This document shows, one piece after another, positions 39,101-52,170 of a stretch of 64,000 nucleotides of DNA. Where the stretch lies: assembly GCF_006345805.1 (NCBI RefSeq), contig NC_043002.1:27590001-27654000 (forward strand), given 5' to 3'. The notes beneath the pieces are model-generated. The model saw only the letters and a program-made list of their open reading frames with translations. It was not told where the DNA came from and ran no database searches. The position numbers and the translations under genes were made by a program. The DNA comes from Octopus sinensis. Lineage: Eukaryota. Numbering within the stretch: the stretch's first letter is position 1; every line of letters begins with the position of its first letter.

Positions 39101-40443
39101 GGGGTGGGGTACAATGTGTTAATTAAAAACACATAGGTCCAAACCACATTGGCTTTACAGCACATTCAGTCCAATGTGTCCGCAGGAAAACATCTGCAGA
39201 AAAGCAGAAATTCATTAAAATCAATATGCACTTCATTTATATATATATATATATATATAATAAGGAAACATATGTAATTAAAGGAAAATGCACGTATTTA
39301 TAAGGCAAAAAATATTCACTTAGATTGAAAGTACATTTATATATAAGGTTATATGCACTACTATGAACAAATTCCACAAAAGTAAAACTTTTTTTTTCTT
39401 TTCAAAAATTGCTGTTGGCATTCTTTTGTGTAACAGGAGCATGATCAAGATGATAGTCTTTATGTATATAAGTCATAAAAGAATAAGTTTTTGAATATGA
39501 TCTATCGATGGATGCAAAATGTATTTTCCAGACTTTAGTATGATTATTTGTGCGATCCACCTGTTGCTGGATTATACTGTACACACTCTATGCAAGAGAA
39601 ATTAATAGCTGCCCCCTGTATTGTTGATGATGTGATTTCTTAAGGGCGTGGAAGTCTTCGAAATTCTAATATATGCATCTCACTTGTCAAATTTTCCTGG
39701 CGATTATCAAACAAATGCGAGTGTATTCATGAAGCAGAAAGATAAAGAACAGTTTTCATCATTTCTGTGCTAGGTCACAAATTCCTTATTTTGAATTGCC
39801 TTCGATATTGCTTACCGGAGTTGACCGAAATGATAAGAAGCATTAAGGTTGGTACTAAATATATGATTGAATGATTTATAAATAGCCAACACGAAGCCAG
39901 CTATTTGGTAATAGAGATTGTAAATACTGAAAATCGCAACTAGGGTTTTTTAAGCAAAATTAATTATTGTTTATTTATTTTATAAGGATACAACACATTG
40001 TTTAAGGGCTTCATTTCTCCAAATACTGCTATGAATGACATACACATGATAGAAGATATCGGGACAGCTGTCGAACTTTCCATCAGTAAACCGGATAGTA
40101 CTTAGTCTGAAGTACTAAAGGGTAAGTAGGAAAAAAACATCAACGTTCTATCTGGATCATCAGCATCACTGACATTCATCTTGAATTCTCCTTGATCTAA
40201 GGTTCAAGCAATTATTCCTTCAAATGACCAATTGTACAATTGTTTTCAGAACGCCTCACAAATGGCAAATCTTTTTCCATCGAAAACTTCTATTTAGTGA
40301 GATAACTGATAGAAGGAAGCATAAAGCATTCGGAGAAACACTGAAGCTGACTTTTACTTTGATTACCTCTTTTATCTTGGCTTCACTCTAATGGCTGAAG
40401 CAAGTAAAGGATATAATATAAAAGTTATATATGAATATATACA

Positions 40444-40494
<51 letters not shown>

Positions 40495-40517
40495 TATACA
40501 TATATATACATATATAT

Positions 40518-40550
<33 letters not shown>

Positions 40551-40551
<1 letters not shown>

Positions 40552-40748
40552 GGGAGAGTTTACGAAAAACAAAAGACGAAGACAGGTGGTGTACAAAACA
40601 AACAGAATTATTAGTATAACGCTCAGGAATAGAAAAAGTCTCTTATGTTTCGAGCCTACGCTCTTCTACAGAAAGGGACACAGAAAAAAAACAAGGAGAG
40701 AAGCAAGGAGAGAAAAATTGTGTGTAGTGGCTAACGATCTATCATGGC
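40551..40748 (-). mobile_element. Family H element
   Basis: Both ends present; HHR at 40640-40675 (-) with core CUGUAGA, GAAAC AUA. Confidence 0.8.
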
Positions 40749-40764
40749 GATATATTTCTATATA

Positions 40765-40921
40765 TACGATGGGTTTCTTCCAGTTTCCGTCTACCAAATC
40801 TACTCACAAGACCCGAGGCTATAGTAGAAGACACTTTCCAAAGGTGTCACACAGTGGGACTGAACCCAGAACCACGTGGTTGCTAAGCAAGCTACTTATC
40901 ACACAGCCGTTTCTGCGCCTA
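40765..40921 (-). mobile_element. SINE family A head
   Basis: ttccgtctaccaaatc..cacacagccgtttctgcgcct. Confidence 0.75.
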
Positions 40922-41012
40922 TATATATATTAGAGGAAAAAGGACAAAAACCAAGGCAGGGCAGGTATCTCAAGTCATTTAAAATATTTAATTAGGGTTA
41001 GGTGAATTTGAA

Positions 41013-41083
41013 GTCTTACAGCTGTTTCTGGGCATCTCAAGTGATAGGCATGTCGGTACACTGGGTATTCCGCCATCAGAGAC
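41013..41083 (-). ncRNA. Degenerate type I hammerhead-like motif
   Basis: GUCU-CUGAUGG..GAAAC AGCU GUA-AGAC; helix I and palindromic helix III good; A9 and helix II base disrupted. Confidence 0.4.
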
Positions 41084-42184
41084 GAGGTGGGTATGTATGA
41101 AAGTTCTAGAGGGGGAAATTCACAGATTATAATGAATAAAATAATAAATACAATAGTATATAGAAGAATAAAGAGTAAAGTAATAAATAGAAGAATACAG
41201 ACAGAAGAATGAAGTTCAAAGTTCTTCTTCTATGAAGGTCTAGGCCGTTAGGTATAATCCCAAGTAAAGCAAGGCTATACCTACTGACCACTGAACCAAA
41301 TTATCTTTCTGACCACAACGAACCTATTTAATTAATAGACATAAATGTGTTCCTCCTCCACTGTACCAAGCACTTAACGCCTGACCTCTCACTCATTAAC
41401 TAACCCTTACGAAGAATAATACTGGGTTCTTATTTTTATTTTGTTTTATTTTATTTTATTTTACTTTCGGCTTCATTCATTCTTTCTCACACTTATCTCA
41501 TTCCTTTCTTTTCTCTCTTTCCCCTCTCTCCTCTGCTCACTCACTCACAACCCATAACTGTCCATCATGATTCTTGTCTTTTACACTCTTTATATCCACG
41601 TGGATATACAGAGTGAGAAAGCTACTAGCTAGCCACTTAATTCTATTCCTTCAACATGAACGCAACATTCAAAATACTGCCTGGATTTACCTGGGAATTA
41701 CACCCTCGGGAATATGAATTAACTTTATTCTTCTGTCTGTATTCTTCTGTCTACTTCTTTACTCTTATTATTCTATCTACTATTTTATTCATTATTTTAT
41801 TCCTTATAGACTGTCAAGAACTTTCATATATGATCACTTTGTCTCTGCTGACGGATTACTCCGCGTGCGGACATGCTAGTCGATCACTAAGGATATCGCA
41901 GACACAGCTGCAGACTTCATATTCACTTCACCCTAATTAAATATCCTAAATGTCTTGATAAACCTTTTCCCTCTAATATAATATATACCTGCTAACTAGG
42001 AAGCCTAATATGGATCCCTAGCTCCAGCCTCAGCCGTGATCTTGGAGCCTAACTGATGAACAATTATAGCACTTACTCAGCGTACCTATTCGCTTAGATC
42101 AATGAACTAAATCCCTCATATTCTTTCTATACATACACACACATACACACATATATAAATACATATATATAAATGCATATATAA

Positions 42185-42216
<32 letters not shown>

Positions 42217-42765
42217 GAAGGAGAAATAGAAAGTCTATGGTGCAATGCTATATATTTGAAAGTCTTTGTACTTTACTTTGTATTTGAAATGATTAGATGT
42301 TTACAAATCATCACAACATTTATTTTTTTGTTGTTCTCTTTTTCCTAAATATTAATGAAAAATTGATTAATAAATAATATGAACATACATTTTAAAATTC
42401 TTCCTATAGAAAAAGGCGAAAATCCTCATTTATTGGACAATTTCATCGTTTTGCTGCGAAAATGGAGCCTAGGTGAAATATGAACGAAGACGAAATGTCT
42501 GAACAATATCTTCAAAACAACCATTTGTGAAATAGCATTGTATGAATGTCTGATGCAAAATGTAATAAAGAATGTTTCTATATTGGTCTAAGCTTAAAAT
42601 GTATATTATCTGATAATAAATATTTCATTTTTATTTAACAGCAAAACGTAAAAGAAACGATAGCGTTTGCAAGCATCTTATAAAATGGAAAAAATTGAGT
42701 AATGTCATTCTCATTTCTTTTTCCAAAAATATATTTGTATATATATGTATGTATATATACATACA

Positions 42766-42818
<53 letters not shown>

Positions 42819-42987
42819 ATATACATATACACACATATATATACATATACATATATCTACATATATACGTGCATATACATATATATATAATATATATGTA
42901 TGTATATATATATATATATATACACACATATATATATGTATATATATATATATACACACACATATATATGTATATATATTGACATAA

Positions 42988-43018
<31 letters not shown>

Positions 43019-44029
43019 CACATATATATATTTATATATATAAACACACATACATACGTGTATCTTTGTTTGTGTATGTACGTGTGTGGGGGTGTATAGT
43101 GAATCCCTTTTATACGCATATTCACACGAAAGGATTAGAAACTAGAACTGTTGTGAGTTAATGGAAATGTAACTAACTAAAGTGTCTAACCAGCATATTG
43201 CAATAATGATTAATCGTAAAGCGTTAGTCATATAGATTTATATTTATACAAAATAGAATAAGAGAAAGGAAGGAATATACATCAGTTTAAGGTTTCGATT
43301 CGGTAGTTTCGTAGTTGTTTGGATAATTCGGTAACGTGAGTTGGAAACATAAAACTAAGTAGAACAATATATTCACGAACGGTTAGTTCAAACATGACGA
43401 AAATAATCCCTGTGTTAAACTAGGTAATTATGTGTCATTAAATGAATAGTGATATAAAAACTGTGGTAAGATCATGTTAAAAAGCCAGGATGAATAGCTC
43501 TAATCTTAATTATGGGTGGGAGGCGTGTGTACCAGCAAGCTGAGTTGCATAGAAGACTATCTGTGCGAGAAATCTGTAAGTTTAACTTAATTATATCGGG
43601 CTATGTAAACTTTATTCTACTCTTAATGTAGTTAGGTAATATGTTTTCTATAATCAAAATCCTCGCTAACAAAACCCATTGTACACTTCTTAGCAATGGG
43701 TAGTGGAATGGGGAGTGGGGTTATGATCACAAAATCACTCTATATGCAAGCATATTCAAGGTATCTAGTAAAAGATCGTAGGAAAATAATTGATAAAATA
43801 TTTAAATGAAATACGATTAGATAGTAATAAAAAAAAATTGATAAAAGATCTTATGCAATAAACGACCGTAAATGATATGACATTAAAACAGCTGAGATAA
43901 AATAAAGTGAAATGGTAATTAAAGGAGCGATAAAAATATTAAAAATGAGGAAGGCGGCAACATTAGGCAACGGATGTGTTCACCCTAAATCTAAAGAAAT
44001 CAAGGTCATATTATGCAGGAAGATAATTC

Positions 44030-44880
44030 GAGATATTATATTCCATAATTCAGCGGTTCTGAGATAAAGTTTTACGCACGCAACTTCTACAGCCTTTGTG
44101 TGTTATCCAAGAAGCGTAGATGTGATTTGCTGAGTTTGGCAAACCGTTATTTCAGAACGGAAATTCTGGACTGAATGAAGTGCATCTAATTTCCTTTTAC
44201 AGCTGTAACGTTAGAGCAGGAATAATTTTGTAACACTCATTTATTAACATGAATGAGTTAATAGAATGAAGGAAAGAGAAGATCCCCAACTAGACCCGCA
44301 TGTTATTCTGCACTCCATTAATAGTGACCTGTGCATGTGTGCAGGAATACTTCCAAGGTGAGACGTACTCTATGTTTGAACAGATTTAACCATCGTAGAT
44401 ATATAATAGCGTTTCGGGTGTTAAGAACTTTTGAACGGTAGAATGTATTAACTAACAAGCCACTCTATTAACTCATTCGCTGGGTTGGACTCCAATCTCA
44501 AACTGAGTATGAATAAACACCCAAGTTTCTTTCCAGAGAGGCAAACACGTTTAAAACAATCCTATCCATCAAAATAGAGACATGATTAGTTTTTTTTATG
44601 TGCTTTAAAAATATTATGTTGATTTTGAGAATATTAAAATTAAAAAGCTATTTGTTTCTTCATGGCGTCATTCTAGTTATGTCACAGAAAATATCTTCGT
44701 AGGCGGAATGTTTGACATTTTGTAAAGGTGAATGAGACAGGAAAGTGTTCTATCGTCGGCAAACATGTCAATAAATCGTATTACTTTGAAATAATTGATC
44801 GACAGTTTCTCAAATTTAGAAGTAGGTAGGCCTAGTCTATTATAGTGATGAACCGAATTACTTGAAATAAAAATTATCAA
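44030..44880 (-). pseudogene. Old L2/CR1-group LINE RT relic
   Basis: DMFADDRTL (RT catalytic motif), IEYVSPW, RTAELWN. Confidence 0.55.
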
Positions 44881-45760
44881 AATTAGGAATTGTACAGGAA
44901 TGTGTTTTAGTGCGAATGGTTATAAAGAAAAATAATAATGGTAGAAATTCACACTGAAGTGACTTAAATGAGGTAAATCAAATCGACGTAGACAATTTAA
45001 CTTTGGGGAAAGAATTTGAGCTTATGCTGGATACGTTTTCAGGCTTATAGACGTATAAAGAAGATACACTTCTATGGCATATTTGCTGAGTAGAATACTC
45101 AAGCTCTCGAATGCATATTATTTGTAAGGCCTTTTATCACCAGTGAATGACTTAGATCCAAGAACGATGCTTCATTTAAGTCTTAAACCTAAAAATGCTA
45201 CTCCATTTAAGTCTTAAGATTTCAGAAATTTCATATGAAACGGATGTCGCTTTTCGTTTTACTTCAACTAGGATTTCTACATGTTTAAGAGTGTTTATTA
45301 ATGCGTACCTTAAAAGGGATATAGATGAGGCCAATGCAGATTTAAAAAGCAATATTGGCTTATAACTTTGGTAAAATATTTCATATATTTCATATATTTT
45401 ACACCAACTCGTCGTTAATTTCATAAATTGATATCCTTGTTTACCAAAGATCTATGCTAGCCACCACTGTCTTATAACAAAATGCTAAAAGTTTTGAAAA
45501 TGTCTGCGTTTTTCTTTTCCTCCTATTAAGCACGACATTTTCTTAGAAAAATTCAATTTTTCTCTCAGTATATTATTTTTTGATTTATAGAGGGATGGAC
45601 TTTGGTAGGTGAATGTTTCATCATTGGAACTATATGGGCTTTTATCTGTATTGCACATTTAATAATCAAACAGGATATTTAAAAGTTTTAAATCTCTCCC
45701 TCTTTCTGTTTCTCTCTTTCTCTTTCTTTCTCTTTTTTCTCTTCTTCTCTCTCCCTCCCC

Positions 45761-45823
<63 letters not shown>

Positions 45824-45842
45824 TATATATATATAAATATAT

Positions 45843-45887
<45 letters not shown>

Positions 45888-45924
45888 CACACACATACAC
45901 ACTCACACACGCACACATTTTTAT

Positions 45925-46010
45925 TCATTTAATCTTTTACTTGTTTCAGTCATCACCGAATTCAGTCGAGCAAATCTACACCAGGACTTATTTTTTCTTA
46001 GCTTCATACT

Positions 46011-46048
<38 letters not shown>

Positions 46049-46180
46049 GAGGGGGTTCTGTCTACCAAATCCGCCCACAAGGCTTTAGGCAGCCCGTGGC
46101 TATAGTAGAAGGCACACACACACACACACTCATACATGTGTGTGTGTCTATGTATATATGAATATACATACATATATATA

Positions 46181-46226
<46 letters not shown>

Positions 46227-47280
46227 CTTTTATTATTCTACTTGCTTCAGTCATTTGATTGTGGCCAGGTTGGAGTACTGCGTTAAACAGCTTTTTAGTC
46301 GAAGAAATTTACCCCAGGAATTATTCTCTCTAAGCCTAGAACTTATTCTATTAGTGTCTTGAACCGAATCGCTAAGTTACGGGGACGTAAACATGCCAAC
46401 ATCGGTTATCAAGCGATGGTGGTGGAATAAACACAGGCACAAAAATACGCACGCACACACACACATACTCACATATATGTGTGTGTGAGAGAGAGAGAGT
46501 GGGGGGGATTTTTCATTTTCTTTCAGTTTCCGTCTACCAAATCCTCTTACAAAGCTTTGGTCGGCCCGATGATATAGTAGAAGACCCTTGCCCAAGATGC
46601 CACGCATGCCGTTGGGAAGCAGTCTTCTTATTTCTTTATTGCCCACAAGGGGCTAAGCATAGAGGGGACAAACTAGAACAGACAAAGGGATTACATCGAT
46701 CCCAGTGCGTAACTGGTACTTATTTAGGCGATCCCGAAAGGATGAAAGGCAAAGTCGACCACTGCGGAATTTGAACTCAGAACGTAACGGCAGACGAAAT
46801 ACCTATTTCTTTACTACCCACAGGGGGCTAAACACAGAAAGGACAAACAAAGACAGACAAACGGATTAAGTCGATTACATCGACCCCAGTGCGTAGCTGG
46901 TACTTATTTAATCGAACCATCAAAAAAGGATGAAAGGCAAAGTTGACCTCGGCGGAATTTGAACTCAGAACGTAGCGGCAGACGAAATACCGCTAAGCAT
47001 TTCGACCAGTGTGCTTACGTTTCTGCCAGCTCGCCGCCTTTAATTTACGTGCTGCGAAAGAGTACAGCAGGGATCGCCACCACTCCCTACCGGAGCTTCG
47101 TGGAGCTTTTAAGTGCTTTTGCTCAATAAACACTCACAACGCCCGGTCTGGGAATCGAAACTGCGATCCTGCGACCGCGAGTCCGCTGACCTAATCCCTG
47201 GACCATTGCGACTCCATTGGAATGGAACCTGAGTGGATAGAAGAAGCAGTCTTCTTACCACACAACCACACCTGCACCTG
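45925..47280 (-). mobile_element. SINE cluster: A fragment (45925-46110), A (46225-46630), B dimer (46631-47040), C fragment (47050-47218), A head remnant (47220-47280)
   Basis: Matches to the family consensus sequences seen elsewhere in the window. Confidence 0.8.
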
Positions 47281-47307
47281 TCATATATATATATATCTAT
47301 CTATCTA

Positions 47308-47345
<38 letters not shown>

Positions 47346-48250
47346 CACTTCACTACTGTTTAGGTCTCTGCGATTTTTCAAGCTTATCGTAAAAGTTAAT
47401 ACGTAAATGTTTAGATAAAAAGGACATCAATATTTGGAATTAACGAGTTGGTGTAAAATGTATGAAATTTTTTTCATGAGGGAGATTATAATGAAACTGG
47501 AATATTCCAAAATCGTGTAGACACAAAAGTTTTTATGTTTTATTAAACTGAAATATATTCTATCAGAAAAAGCTTAAAGTTGGGACTAGCAAATAGAAGA
47601 CAAAGATTTTGAAATGATAAGAAATAGTGGTGAAAAGAAAGAAGTTAGAGAGAAAGAAAGAGTAAGTATAAGCGCTTACATTTGTAGTAAGAAGTTAGTA
47701 CTGAGATATGATCTTACTTAAAGCATCTGGCTTTAGAAGAGGAATGGATAACGTTGAAAATTCTTTGGCAAAATAAGAAAAACTTAATATAATAAATCGT
47801 TTAGGAAGTAGTTAGTGACAAAAAATAAGTTTTGGAAAGTAGTCAATTTTCAGATGAAGAAACATTGAAAGTTTTAAAAAAAAGAGTGATTTATGAGAGA
47901 AACTAATTGTGTTTGTGTAGTAAATAGTTTGCAAGTTGTAGTTGAAGTATACTTAAAGTAGCGCGCAAAATATGTAAGGAAAAGAAAATCTAGAGAAAAA
48001 ATTTATACTGAGTAACAAAATTTAACATAGCATACTTTTATACTTACTGTTTGTATGTGTTGAAGTTTGTAGAGTAAGCGTCTAATTACTTAACTGTAAA
48101 ACACAATTACTGATAAAGGGTAATGACTGTAAATAATCGTCAAGTTGATTAACAAAAGTACGCAAAATGAAATTTTAACATTGCATGAATAGTGACAGGT
48201 TTTGTATTTGTACGTACGCATATGTACACGTGTGTGTATGTGCGCATTTA

Positions 48251-49397
48251 TTGGTTTGTAAGATAAATTAGTTCATTTCTTTCCAGTGTTACTTGAACTG
48301 ATATGAAGAATATTTTTATCGTCGTGTTTCATAATTCTTTGCAGTTCTATGATTCCTCTATGTTTTCTTGTTTTTGAAAATTCAGTATATTTTTACCATT
48401 TGGCAGACGTATGACGATGGAGTGCCAAGTATATAAAAAAAAATTATCATTTTCGGCACCTGCTTTTCTTCGCATTTAATCTAGGTTCCACTGCTACCAA
48501 AGCCACTCCAGACATTTATGCTGTATACCAAGAAGGTGCAATTGTTGAAAGAACTGCATAAAATTGAAATTTATGATCCATGGAGGGGCAATTCGACGTC
48601 ACAAACTCTCCCCATCCTGGTCGACATCTTCAGTTCAATGATGATTCATTGAATGACCCTATCCAGGAATTCCTGCCCCAATCCACAAAGATATCGGCTC
48701 AGCATACAGTATTCTCTTATGATACCCTCACCTGTCACCTGCATTCGATTTTAAGATTCAATAATTCGATGCATACGTGCCACACGCTCTGAAAAAAAAA
48801 GAGACAAACACCAGCGTTTTACTAACGCCGCTAGTTTACTCGCTCGGTACAGAGATTTCTTCACTGCATCGTCATCGTCGATAAAAGGTGATATTTTTAT
48901 GTCAATATAAAACAGAGGAAAGAATAGGTGACTACCGAGAAGGAAACACTTCACTCCAATCCAGAGCTGTGTAGGATTGAGGAGCAAATACACTATAAAA
49001 TGCCTGAACACATCCACACTCTCAATGCAGACCTTTACATTTAAAACGACACCTCCCATGTCTCTAACGAGGCCTAAAATGTTATTCAAGAGTTCTAATA
49101 TTCTCCTAATATAGCGCATTCATGTCATTACATTTTTCGGTTGCTCTCCAAAAGTCTACATAGCGACTCGTTCAACAACCACATGGAACTGAAAATATGG
49201 TTCGATGAATTCTTCGAGTCAACATCCGATAATTTCTATCGTCAATCATTGAAAAGCTAGAGGAAAGTTGGCAAAAAGTAGTGTACAATGAATGATTAAT
49301 TATATGTATGTTATTGAGTGATGCGTTAAAATTGTAGTTGGAACGTAGGGATCATAATAAATGGGAAAACAAAGGAACGAATTTATCTTACAACCGA
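48251..49397 (+). mobile_element. Degenerate mariner (DD34D-type) element with TIRs and TA TSD
   Basis: TA|ttggtttgtaagataaattagttc vs gaacgaatttatcttacaaccga|TA; relic translation IYAVYQEGAIVERT, GRHLQFNDDSLN, YVPHAL, LHCIVIVDK, LKIWFDEFFES. Confidence 0.8.
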
Positions 49398-49405
49398 TAG
49401 ATAAT

Positions 49406-49472
<67 letters not shown>

Positions 49473-51401
49473 TTTCTTATTAGCCACACAGGGTGCACAC
49501 AGATAGAACAAATTACAAGGTAGAGCTTTTCTTTTGAAGGTTTAAAAAAAAAAAAAAAAGGCAGCGGGGAGTTTCGATCAAAAGGGATCGTAAAAGGAGA
49601 GAAAGAGGACAAAAAAAGGGGGGTTTAAAAAAAAGGGGGAGAGGAAAAAAAAATTGATCAATAGGGATCGTTATCACAGAAATGTCAATATGAAGTGTAA
49701 AGGGGAGGACAGGTGAGGTTTACCCGTGGAAAGAAAAGCCTACGGAAAAGACCACGGTAACCTCGGTCATGGAGTCACATGTTAATTTCTTTTTTTTTTT
49801 TTTTTTTTTTTTTGCGAATAAGCAACTCTCTGTTTTCAATTCTGGGTTCATAGGATCATGCTCAAGGTGGCTTCGTCATTCATACGTGCCATTCTTGCTA
49901 CATTCACCCATCTTTTTTTAAAACATTCGCTAGACAAAACTTGCCTCTCTACTCTCACTTTCCTTTTCAAGTGGTACTTGAAGAAGTTGATGAGAGATTG
50001 ACCAGAGAGGAAAGTGTTTGTCTCTAATCCTTTCAGACGCGTCCACCAGATACATTCTTTCGCCATAGCCACAAGGATGATGAAAATAGCTCTTCCTTCC
50101 CGTTTGAAGGAAGGAGGCGTGACAATATTGACGATATACTCAGCTGATAAACCGACTCGCCCCACACGTGACAGCAGTTGTTCGACATAAGCCCACAGGT
50201 CGGAAATTGTTGGACACTGCACGAGTGCGTGCAGAACGGTTTCGTCGCTCTGACCGCATCTCGGGCAGGTCGGCCCCGTGTTTCTCGAGCCGTGTGTCTA
50301 TAGAGCTTATCCCGACGGGTAGCGCTTCTCGGTAGCACTGCCAGGCCAGGGATCTCTGGAAGTTGTCCATGGGCCCTGGCCCGAAAGTCGTCCTGAACAG
50401 GCGGGTCAGGTACTCCTCGTCGACGTCCAGGTTCGCCCCGAGCTCGTCGTCGTACCTCCCCTCCACTAAACCCCTATAGAATGCTTTGGTTGTATTGAAG
50501 TCACTCAAGGTCGACCCAGGACGGCAGAGCTGCTTGAGAGCAACGCGACACTCGCGGTGCCATTCGCCCTTCCACGGCCTCTTTTTGATCCACGACTGCA
50601 GTTCGGTCATGGAGACGAGCTGCGGGAAAGCGTGCCTCACAAACGGCGACCACACCTGTTCACCGTCATCTACGTAGAGCCGGAGATGTCGCAGTCTCAG
50701 CGCGTGTCTGCGCATCATCAACCACGGCATGCCCAGCCCTCCTTTTAACGGGTGTTGACAGCAAATGGATCGCCTGACCATCGGGATGCATCCTTTCCAC
50801 AAGAAGCGAAAGAGAATGCGTTGTAGTTTGGTGATAGTAGGGTCGGGACAAGGTACGACGGTCAGGCGGTAGTAGATGACGGACGCGATGTACGTGTTCG
50901 CCACCTCAGTTTGTGTGTGTTTTCTTTGTTTTTCTGTTCCTTTGGGTTTTGCTGTTGTTGGTGGTGTTGGTGTTTTTTCAGGTGTTGAGTGGTTTTTGGT
51001 TGATGACGGATTAGCTTGGTGTGCTTCTCTTGTCGTCTTCTGTGTTGATGGTGGTGTGGGTAGTAGAGCTTTTTTTCCGGAGTGCTTTGGTTGTGGTAGT
51101 GGTTGTTGTTGTTGCTCTTGGTGTGCAGTGGTTGGGCACGTCTTTTTCAAGTGTGTTTCGCTTCCACACAAATAGCAGCGTGGTCGCTGCCTCTACCACT
51201 ATATAGAGTTTGTAGCCTCTGGCAGTCTATAGCGGTGGGTATCTTCTCTCTTGCTGCTTCATCCAATTGAAGCAGGAATTCGATTGATTTGCCCACATAG
51301 TCTTTCTCTCCTAGAACCGCGATTTCAAGGATGTTTGTCTCTGACATTGTCTCTGTCATTTCAAAGCAGATGGCAGAGACCAACCATTGTGTTTCGACTT
51401 C
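49473..51401 (-). mobile_element. L1/Tx1-type LINE, 5'-truncated and internally deleted or chimeric, flanked by (GATA)n
   Basis: ORF1 end with CCHC knuckle RCYLCGSETHLKKTCP; ORF2 post-RT EVANTYIASVIYYRL..RFLWKG..GGLGMP; C-terminal Cys/His region through ..ALVQCPTI..RMNDEATLSMIL*; 3' end taataagaaa|ctatctatc. Confidence 0.85.
50140..51171 (-). CDS. Chimeric open frame: ORF1 zinc knuckle and Pro/Thr/Lys tail fused in frame to the ORF2 post-RT region (probably non-functional)
   Basis: 343-aa ORF in the track; junction near 50908 coincides with a sharp compositional shift. Confidence 0.45.
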   Translation of the reverse strand: MCGSETHLKKTCPTTAHQEQQQQPLPQPKHSGKKALLPTPPSTQKTTREAHQANPSSTKNHSTPEKTPTPPTTAKPKGTEKQRKHTQTEVANTYIASVIYYRLTVVPCPDPTITKLQRILFRFLWKGCIPMVRRSICCQHPLKGGLGMPWLMMRRHALRLRHLRLYVDDGEQVWSPFVRHAFPQLVSMTELQSWIKKRPWKGEWHRECRVALKQLCRPGSTLSDFNTTKAFYRGLVEGRYDDELGANLDVDEEYLTRLFRTTFGPGPMDNFQRSLAWQCYREALPVGISSIDTRLEKHGADLPEMRSERRNRSARTRAVSNNFRPVGLCRTTAVTCGASRFIS

Positions 51402-51419
51402 ATAGATAGATAGATAGAT

Positions 51420-51509
51420 AACGGGAAGCTTTATGAAAATAAACAAAAGACGAAGGCAGGGGGAATACAAACAAACAATTGTATTAGTATGGCGCTCAGG
51501 AATATAAAT

Positions 51510-51511
<2 letters not shown>
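51420..51511 (-). mobile_element. Family H 3' fragment inside (GATA)n
   Basis: acgggaagctttatgaaaataaacaaaagacgaaggcagg matches 14838. Confidence 0.7.
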
Positions 51512-51600
<89 letters not shown>

Positions 51601-51794
51601 AATTTAAGAGTTTTTAAAAGCAAAGCTGCGTGTAGTCATGAAATGGTGATAACAAAAATAAAGTAATCATAAGTAATGGAAGCAATGTTATTCTTATGTT
51701 GTAAAATACTCATATACGAGAGATAACTCATCGAAGATAAAGAATGAAAGTATATGAAGATTATATGTAAAGAGTTGTGGTTAGTCAAATAATC

Positions 51795-52170
51795 GTGGCA
51801 CTCTGCCAGTTACGACGAGGGTTCCAGTTGATCCGATCAACGGAACAGCCTGCTCGTGAAATTAACGTGTAAGTGGCTGAACACTCCACAAACATGTGCA
51901 CTGTTAACGTAGTTCTCGGGGAGATTCAGCATAACACAGTGTGTGACAAGGCTAGCCCTCTAAAATTCAGGTGCAACAGAAACAAGAAGAAAGAATGAAA
52001 GTTGTAGTGAAAGAGTACCGCAGGGTTCACCACCACAACCACTACCGGAACATCGTGGGGCTTTAGGTGTTTTCGCTCAATATACACTCACAACGCCCGA
52101 TCTGGGAATCGAACCATGTTCCCACGACCGCGAGTCCACTTCCCTAACCACTGGGCCATTGGGCCTCAAC
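51795..52170 (-). mobile_element. SINE family C, near full length
   Basis: tRNA-like head, gtactctttcactacaactttc segment, tail ccgttgatcggatcaactggaaccctcgtcg. Confidence 0.8.

Noticed and set aside
48486-48540. Apparent 51-nt exon with strong acceptor
   Set aside because: The peptide IYAVYQEGAIVERT is the mariner HTH region
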